From: Pavona decussata | Lineage: Eukaryota | NCBI GenBank assembly: GCA_977016875.1 | Contig: CDRNST010000318.1 | Location: forward strand, 248,001-312,000 | DNA: 64,000 nucleotides | Reading direction: 5' to 3' | In this document: positions 58,381 to 64,000 of the stretch, in pieces | Position numbering within the stretch: position 1 is the stretch's first letter | Layout of the letters: every line of letters begins with the position of its first letter | Position numbers and translations under genes: made by a program | The notes under the pieces: generated by a model | Database searches by the model: none | The model's input: the letters and a program-made list of their open reading frames with translations, nothing else | Told to the model about the DNA's origin: nothing

Positions 58381-60750
58381 ATGGAGCTTGGAGCGTTCAA
58401 GCTTGCGCTTTTCGTTTTCATTCTTGGTCATTTGGATTTAAACTTGTGTGGAGGTTTGGCTGACGAGCAATCTTCTCAAAGCACTCAAGTGAAAAAGACA
58501 GTCAGGAAAAGGGACGAGGTTTACTATAACAATGTGGGATCGGTGAAAAATTCCTACAGTATTGCTGAAGAAGACAGAAAATCGAGATCAACAGACAACC
58601 AAGAAACTCAAGAAAACCAGGCGGGAAGTACCGACAACGAACTGTTATACTACGGACAAATTTACCCTAGGGACATTGCCAGGCCGGAATACGAGGTGTA
58701 CTACCCGGAATATCCTTCTTATGGAGAATGGTACGGCCCATTTGAGCCTCCTGAAGGATACTATGAAAACCAAGGAGGGAGTTATGAACTTGAAAGCAAT
58801 GAAGATTACAAACGTTCACTTAATTTCCTAGGACCTCGTGGGGGTAGGAGTGTGTACTACGGTCCCCGAGGAGGGAGATCTGTGGAGATGTTTAATGGTC
58901 CCCGAGGCGGGAGGTCTGCATTGAATGTAGCTGGACCTCGTGGAGGAAGGTCTCTCAGCGATGACTCTAGTATCATGGGACCTAGAGGAGGGCGGTCCGT
59001 GCAGAATGCCGAGGGACCCCGTGGCGGGAGGTCTGTGGAAGACGCATCTTCTTCCTCGAATGCAAACACCGGAACACGAGGGGGGAGGTCAGTGGAAAAC
59101 GATGGACCTCGTGGAGGAAGAAACGTAGAAGAGACTGGACCGAGAGGCGGGAGATCTGTGGAGAAATCGCAAGAAAAGAGGACCACAACAGCAGATCAAG
59201 CGTCAGACGTCAAAGCCGACAGTGGCCCGAGGGGAGGGCGATCAGTTTCCGACACTAAAACAACCAAAGATGACACGAGCGGACCCCGCGGGGGAAGAGA
59301 TACGCAATCCACCAGTGGCCCACGAGGAGGTAGAGATGTAGACGAAAAAGGTCCCAGGGAGGAGAGGGTAAGGTCAGTTTCAGATTTGAGAAACAGTGGT
59401 CCCAGGGGTGGTAGAGATCTAAATTCAGGTCCTCGGGGTGGGAGAGCTATTGGATATGGCCCACGGGGTGGAAGAGCTATTGAATATGGTCCTAGAGGTG
59501 GACGATCAGTATTTTATGGTCCCCGTGGTGGCAGGGAAATAGAATATGGCCCCCGTGGTGGGAGATCTCTGGAGTTTGGTCCCCGGGGTGGACGAGCTGT
59601 GTTTTTTGGCCCTCGAGGTGGTAGAGAAATCTACTATGGCCCACGTGGTGGAAGAGCTATAGAGTACGGTCCCAGGGGAGGTAGAGCAGTAGATTATGGT
59701 CCTAGAGGTGGTAGATCCGTCGAAAATGGTCCCCGGGGTGGAAGATCTATGGGTGCGTATGGTCCTCGTGGTGGTAGATCCATATTCTTTGGACCCAGGG
59801 GAGGCAGGGCTGTTGAATACGGTCCCCGGGGTGGTAGATCAATTGAATTTGGCCCTAGAGGAGGCCGTTATGCAAAGATTGGCCCTCGAAGCGGAAGATC
59901 TCTTTCAGAGGGTCCAAGGGGTGGTCGATCTGTTTTGTTCGAAGCTTTGTATGGTCCAAGAGGGGGCAGGTCACTTGAAACGTACGGCCCACGAGGTGGA
60001 AGATCTGTGAATTATGGCTTATACAACGGCCCTCGGGGAGGAAGAGATCTTGACTACACATACGGTCCCCGCGGAGGTAGAGCGCTGGAATACGTAGACA
60101 TGTACGGTCCTAGAGGGGGGAGAGCTCTGGAGGAAGGGGAATTTGGCCCGAGAGGAGGCCGTGCTCTCGGCTATGGAGAGGAGGGAAATTTTTATTACGG
60201 TCCACGGGGCGGGAGGGCTGTTTACTATGAAGTAGGACCTCGGGGTGGTAGGGGTATAGAATACGAGGCAGGGCCCCGAGGGGGGCGAGAAGTTGAATAT
60301 GGGCCTAGGGGTGGTAGATCAGCTTTCAGTGGGCCACGTGGTGGAAGGGACATTTATGGACCTCGCGGGGGACGCAGCGCCGTTAACACAGATAATACAA
60401 ATGGGCCTCGTGGAGGACGAGATGTAGAAAATGGGCCCCGAGGAGGTAGAAGCGCAAACACTGAGTCTGGTCCTCGCGGTGGAAGGTCTATCTTATCTGA
60501 GAGTTCCATGTGGAGCCACAGTGGGACAAACAGCGTAGGACTTCGTGGAGGTAGAAGCCTTGAAAGTACCAGTACTGAGAACGCGGGACCTCGTGGCGGG
60601 CGCAGTGCATCTGAGACTAGTACAACGGATAAGCGAGAAACCAGTGGTACTGCAGAAGCACAGGCGACAGGAGGCGAGAAAAAAAGACAGGAAAGAGATG
60701 CTGATATTGATTTGGAGAAGGTTGATAAGCAGTTGTCAAAGTCAAGCTGA
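58381..60750 (+). CDS. GPRGamide (PRGamide) neuropeptide preprohormone, about 789 aa
   Basis: Signal peptide MELGAFKLALFVFILGHLDLNLCGG. About 44 GPRGGR units (peptide, amide-donor G, monobasic R) by hand count, plus the variants GTRGGR, GPRSGR, GLRGGR and GPREER. Likely splice acceptor at 58282 upstream. Confidence 0.95.
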   Translation: MELGAFKLALFVFILGHLDLNLCGGLADEQSSQSTQVKKTVRKRDEVYYNNVGSVKNSYSIAEEDRKSRSTDNQETQENQAGSTDNELLYYGQIYPRDIARPEYEVYYPEYPSYGEWYGPFEPPEGYYENQGGSYELESNEDYKRSLNFLGPRGGRSVYYGPRGGRSVEMFNGPRGGRSALNVAGPRGGRSLSDDSSIMGPRGGRSVQNAEGPRGGRSVEDASSSSNANTGTRGGRSVENDGPRGGRNVEETGPRGGRSVEKSQEKRTTTADQASDVKADSGPRGGRSVSDTKTTKDDTSGPRGGRDTQSTSGPRGGRDVDEKGPREERVRSVSDLRNSGPRGGRDLNSGPRGGRAIGYGPRGGRAIEYGPRGGRSVFYGPRGGREIEYGPRGGRSLEFGPRGGRAVFFGPRGGREIYYGPRGGRAIEYGPRGGRAVDYGPRGGRSVENGPRGGRSMGAYGPRGGRSIFFGPRGGRAVEYGPRGGRSIEFGPRGGRYAKIGPRSGRSLSEGPRGGRSVLFEALYGPRGGRSLETYGPRGGRSVNYGLYNGPRGGRDLDYTYGPRGGRALEYVDMYGPRGGRALEEGEFGPRGGRALGYGEEGNFYYGPRGGRAVYYEVGPRGGRGIEYEAGPRGGREVEYGPRGGRSAFSGPRGGRDIYGPRGGRSAVNTDNTNGPRGGRDVENGPRGGRSANTESGPRGGRSILSESSMWSHSGTNSVGLRGGRSLESTSTENAGPRGGRSASETSTTDKRETSGTAEAQATGGEKKRQERDADIDLEKVDKQLSKSS

Positions 60751-60879
60751 GGAGATATCTTTCATGCATGATATGATATGAGGTAAGCTACATCTTTCAC
60801 CTCCACTTCAAATGGTTAACCAGCACCAAACCTACATGTATGAGGCTAAATTTAGTTTCCCATAGCTTGATAGCTTGAT

Positions 60880-61320
60880 TTGAATAATCACATTTTAGGA
60901 TTGATTCACAGATTCAAAAGCTGGGAACATGAATGAGACAGCACTACTGGAAAGTATTGTCGAATAGCTTTTATTTGAATGGTTACAATTTAAGAATTCT
61001 ATCCACAGACTCAAAAGTTTTATCTAGAATAGTCTTTAAATTAAAGAGAATTAATTGTTTTCTTTTGAATGGTCACAAGACAGTCAAGATTTTATTCACA
61101 GAATTATAAGTTGAACTTGTACAGCATAATAAACATCACCACAGGAAAGTACTGCTTAGTATCTTTCATTTGAATGATCACACTTTACGATTTCATCCAA
61201 AGATTTAAAAGTTAGAAGAATCTTGTGCAGCATAATAAACGGCACCACAGGAAAGTACTGCTCAGTAGCTTTCATTTGAATGGTCACATTTTAGGATTTC
61301 ATCCACAGACTTTAAAGTTT
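60880..61320 (+). repeat. Second array of the about 110-bp unit
   Basis: Same cacaggaaagtactgctcagtagctttcatttgaatggtcaca unit as 23590-24140, more degenerate on the left. Confidence 0.85.
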
Positions 61321-63104
61321 GGGGACAGATGCAGCCGGTTTTTGAAATCCTAACCCTATTTTAGACCAAAATATGTAATTTTCCTGTACTATTTTTCAGA
61401 CCCCATTTTCAGACTTGGTTTCTAGAATTCACCATATCAGCTTCTATAACATCTATACACGTTTTCAGACTTTCATATCAACATGGTTAAAATCTATGCC
61501 CTCTTACAGACCAGAACGGATAAAAACCACATCCTTTGGCGCCACACATACCTATATAGGTTATAGAGGGGAGTAAAGCCCCCCTCCCCCGGCCTCTGCT
61601 CTGTGACATTACTAGCCTGTATAACAGGCGATTTTTTTAGCCAAGCGCGGAGCGCGAGGTTAGAGGGGATGAGAAATCTTTCCCCCTCGCCTCGCGCGCT
61701 ACGCTCGTGTCTCGCGCTTCGCGCTCGATATCCTGCGTTTCCCTCTTGGCTAAATAAACACCCCTCATGCAAGCCATGACAGGATTCGAGCTCCATATTG
61801 TTCTTTCTTTAAAGGTTGTTGACAAGTCCGATGACAAACAAAGAGCCTACAGACCGACAACCATGAGACTTCAGAATGGAGATTACATCGAGTACTTATT
61901 TAGCAAATAATTGGAGAGCAAAAACAGGACATCCCCCTTTTAAAAAATATATATCCATATCAGTACAGCGTAAACTATTTTAATTTGCTTTTGTTGCGTT
62001 TCTTTAGCTCTAAGAATACAAGAATGAAATATTTTGATCTGGTCCGAGTAAGAATGTAACTGAGGAAAAAGGAGATTAAACAAATATAATAACAAATCTC
62101 TGCATAGTTCACTGCTCTTGAACATTTATAAATACATATGTTTCGAAATTAGATTAAAATAGTCCTCAATCTACTGGCGTTTACCGGGCATGATAACCAG
62201 AGAGATCCATTTACCTGGTTATAAAAACGTTACAATCGTTAAACATTACCACTAAATATATATTTATCGGGTCCGATCAGTTACCGGAACCGCTAAGACT
62301 TTAACGGTGGCCATTTTGAATTTAGACAACCTAATTTATGATGCCAATCTACAATCTCCCCCTCTCTCCCGCGCGCTTCGTGCAAAAAAAAAAAACAGAT
62401 ACGGCGATCACTTCCGTCATTTTTGTATGCATCCCCCCCCCCCCCCCCGTCCTACCAAGGGTCAATTTATTGTTTATTCAAAGTCTATTTCATCACCAAT
62501 CATGTTCGATTATCTACAATTTCAAAGAATGAATTGAAACAATCTTTTCTGCTGGCATTGGAAAGACTCCACTAGCTGTTTAGAGAAATGCCCGTTTGCA
62601 ATTCGAGGCACGTTTTTCGCCATCATTAATAAACAATTGTTTGCTTGCTTTTGACCAGGGTGGCACTCCCTATGATACAAATTTCTATGATACGATACCA
62701 TAACTTTTAGACACAGTAATTCCGTCAGCTATAAATTAATCATCATCAACTATCTATCTAACTAACTATAATTAAGTTAAAACAATACGTGCTGCTTTTC
62801 GTGGGGCCGTGTTTAAAATCCTACTTAAAACTGTAGTGACTCAATTTAGTCTCAAAATCATTCAAGGAAGTCGCTTGGCGTTATTCAAACACACCATACG
62901 AGGAGAGTTCGCCCAGAAGGGTACCTTTTTCAGACTACACGTATATTAAAGGGTATGGATTTCACAACGTGAAGCATATAGAAAAGGTTGGGAAAACGGC
63001 TTTTAGGTATTTAAAAGGGAATTTCTTGAATACAGTAAACACCCGCATAAAAGAACAAGTGAATTAAGGACCTCCAAGCAGAAATTCGTCATTTAGACAC
63101 CTGG

Positions 63105-63342
63105 CCCCAGTTGTTCAAAGGCCGGATAACTTTATCCGGTGGATAAGGCGCTTTACAGGGTCTTAAAAATACTTCACGTTAAATGTTGTCCAAGGTTTTT
63201 GTACACTCCCAAACTAAGCTGTGGTTAGAGTGTTCATATTCGCTTGTACAAGAGGAAATACTGAAATCTTTGCACAGATTGAAACTGTCGGATAGTGACT
63301 TATCCACTGGATAAAGTTATCCGGCCTTTGAACAACTGGGGC
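63105..63342. mobile_element. PIF/Harbinger-type MITE with CTG TSD
   Basis: ctg|gccccagttgttcaaaggccggataactttatcc ... ggataaagttatccggcctttgaacaactggggc|ctg. Confidence 0.88.
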
Positions 63343-64000
63343 CTGTTATATAAGAACCTTACAATAAATATATGAAAGACTTATTCAGGCTGACCTTGAA
63401 AAAAGTAGGTTCTTAATTGTAGCCGTTTACTGTATCTCGAACAAATCAATCGAAAAGAGATGCAGTTTTCCTAGTGTAGGTAATATGTGAAAGGGGTACC
63501 ATTTTCTATGAAAGGTAAATGAAAGATTATCTGTGGAAAATGGTATAAAATTGAGTAAGGGTTTAGACCTCAGGGTGGAGCCTTCCCGTATAAAACTCCC
63601 TTAAGAAACACCTTCCCCTCCCTCAGGGTTTTTGCAGCTTGCAGATTGTGTCCTAATATTGGCACGCCACATTTTTAATATGGCATTTTCAGCTAATTTC
63701 CTCTCAGCAGTTGATTCATTTCATCCGAAACGTTAATTAATAACATTGACCGACCGCTGAGAGAAGATTGAAGCGCTCAAAACAGCTTTCGAGAACTTTG
63801 AGAAGCTATAAAAATAGGAGAGCAGGAAGACGGCCAGGTAAGCTTTTTAAGCCAGTTGTGGCACTTATTACAGGTTTTCGAGGAAAATGCGTTGAATAGT
63901 TTCGATGAACTTCTGGCGATACGATTAGCTTTCTAGTGTTACGAAATTTTGAGTTGACGATTTTTTTTAAATGAAAATTGCAAATTTACTTTATTTACGG

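Noticed and set aside
58857-59186. Antisense ORF with repeated DLPPRGP
   Set aside because: A shadow of the GPRGGR codons on the opposite strand.
44079-60750. GPCR and GPRGamide precursor as a linked receptor-ligand pair
   Set aside because: They are 13 kb apart with unrelated genes between; the receptor does not look peptide-type and linkage alone is no evidence.

Overview
Eukaryotic, intron-rich, repeat-rich animal DNA. The GPRGamide precursor and the gene and repeat types suggest an anthozoan, probably a stony coral (inference). 1-14 kb is a repeat patchwork: old duplicated blocks, a young but frameshifted BEL/Pao LTR retrotransposon (2838-8956, -), a truncated DIRS/Ngaro-type retroelement, and two MITEs with 6-bp target duplications. 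14.5-18 kb is a tandem PLAC8/cornifelin-like array (2 intact and 2 damaged copies). Then follow LINE fragments and a 2-exon FAM167/LURAP-like gene. An 8-exon urease accessory protein UreF gene (25812-37017, -) is not reported as such by the ORF track; its 6-kb sixth intron contains an antisense Mab-21/cGAS-like receptor gene (CDS 29635-31527, +). Further right are an orphan 425-aa gene, a class A GPCR, a Penelope fragment with a minimal hammerhead ribozyme, an orphan 4-exon signal-peptide plus TM gene, an 8-exon SEC12/PREB gene and a GPRGamide precursor with about 44 GPRGGR units. All exon models were built by hand from GT-AG sites and reading-frame phase; no database searches were run.
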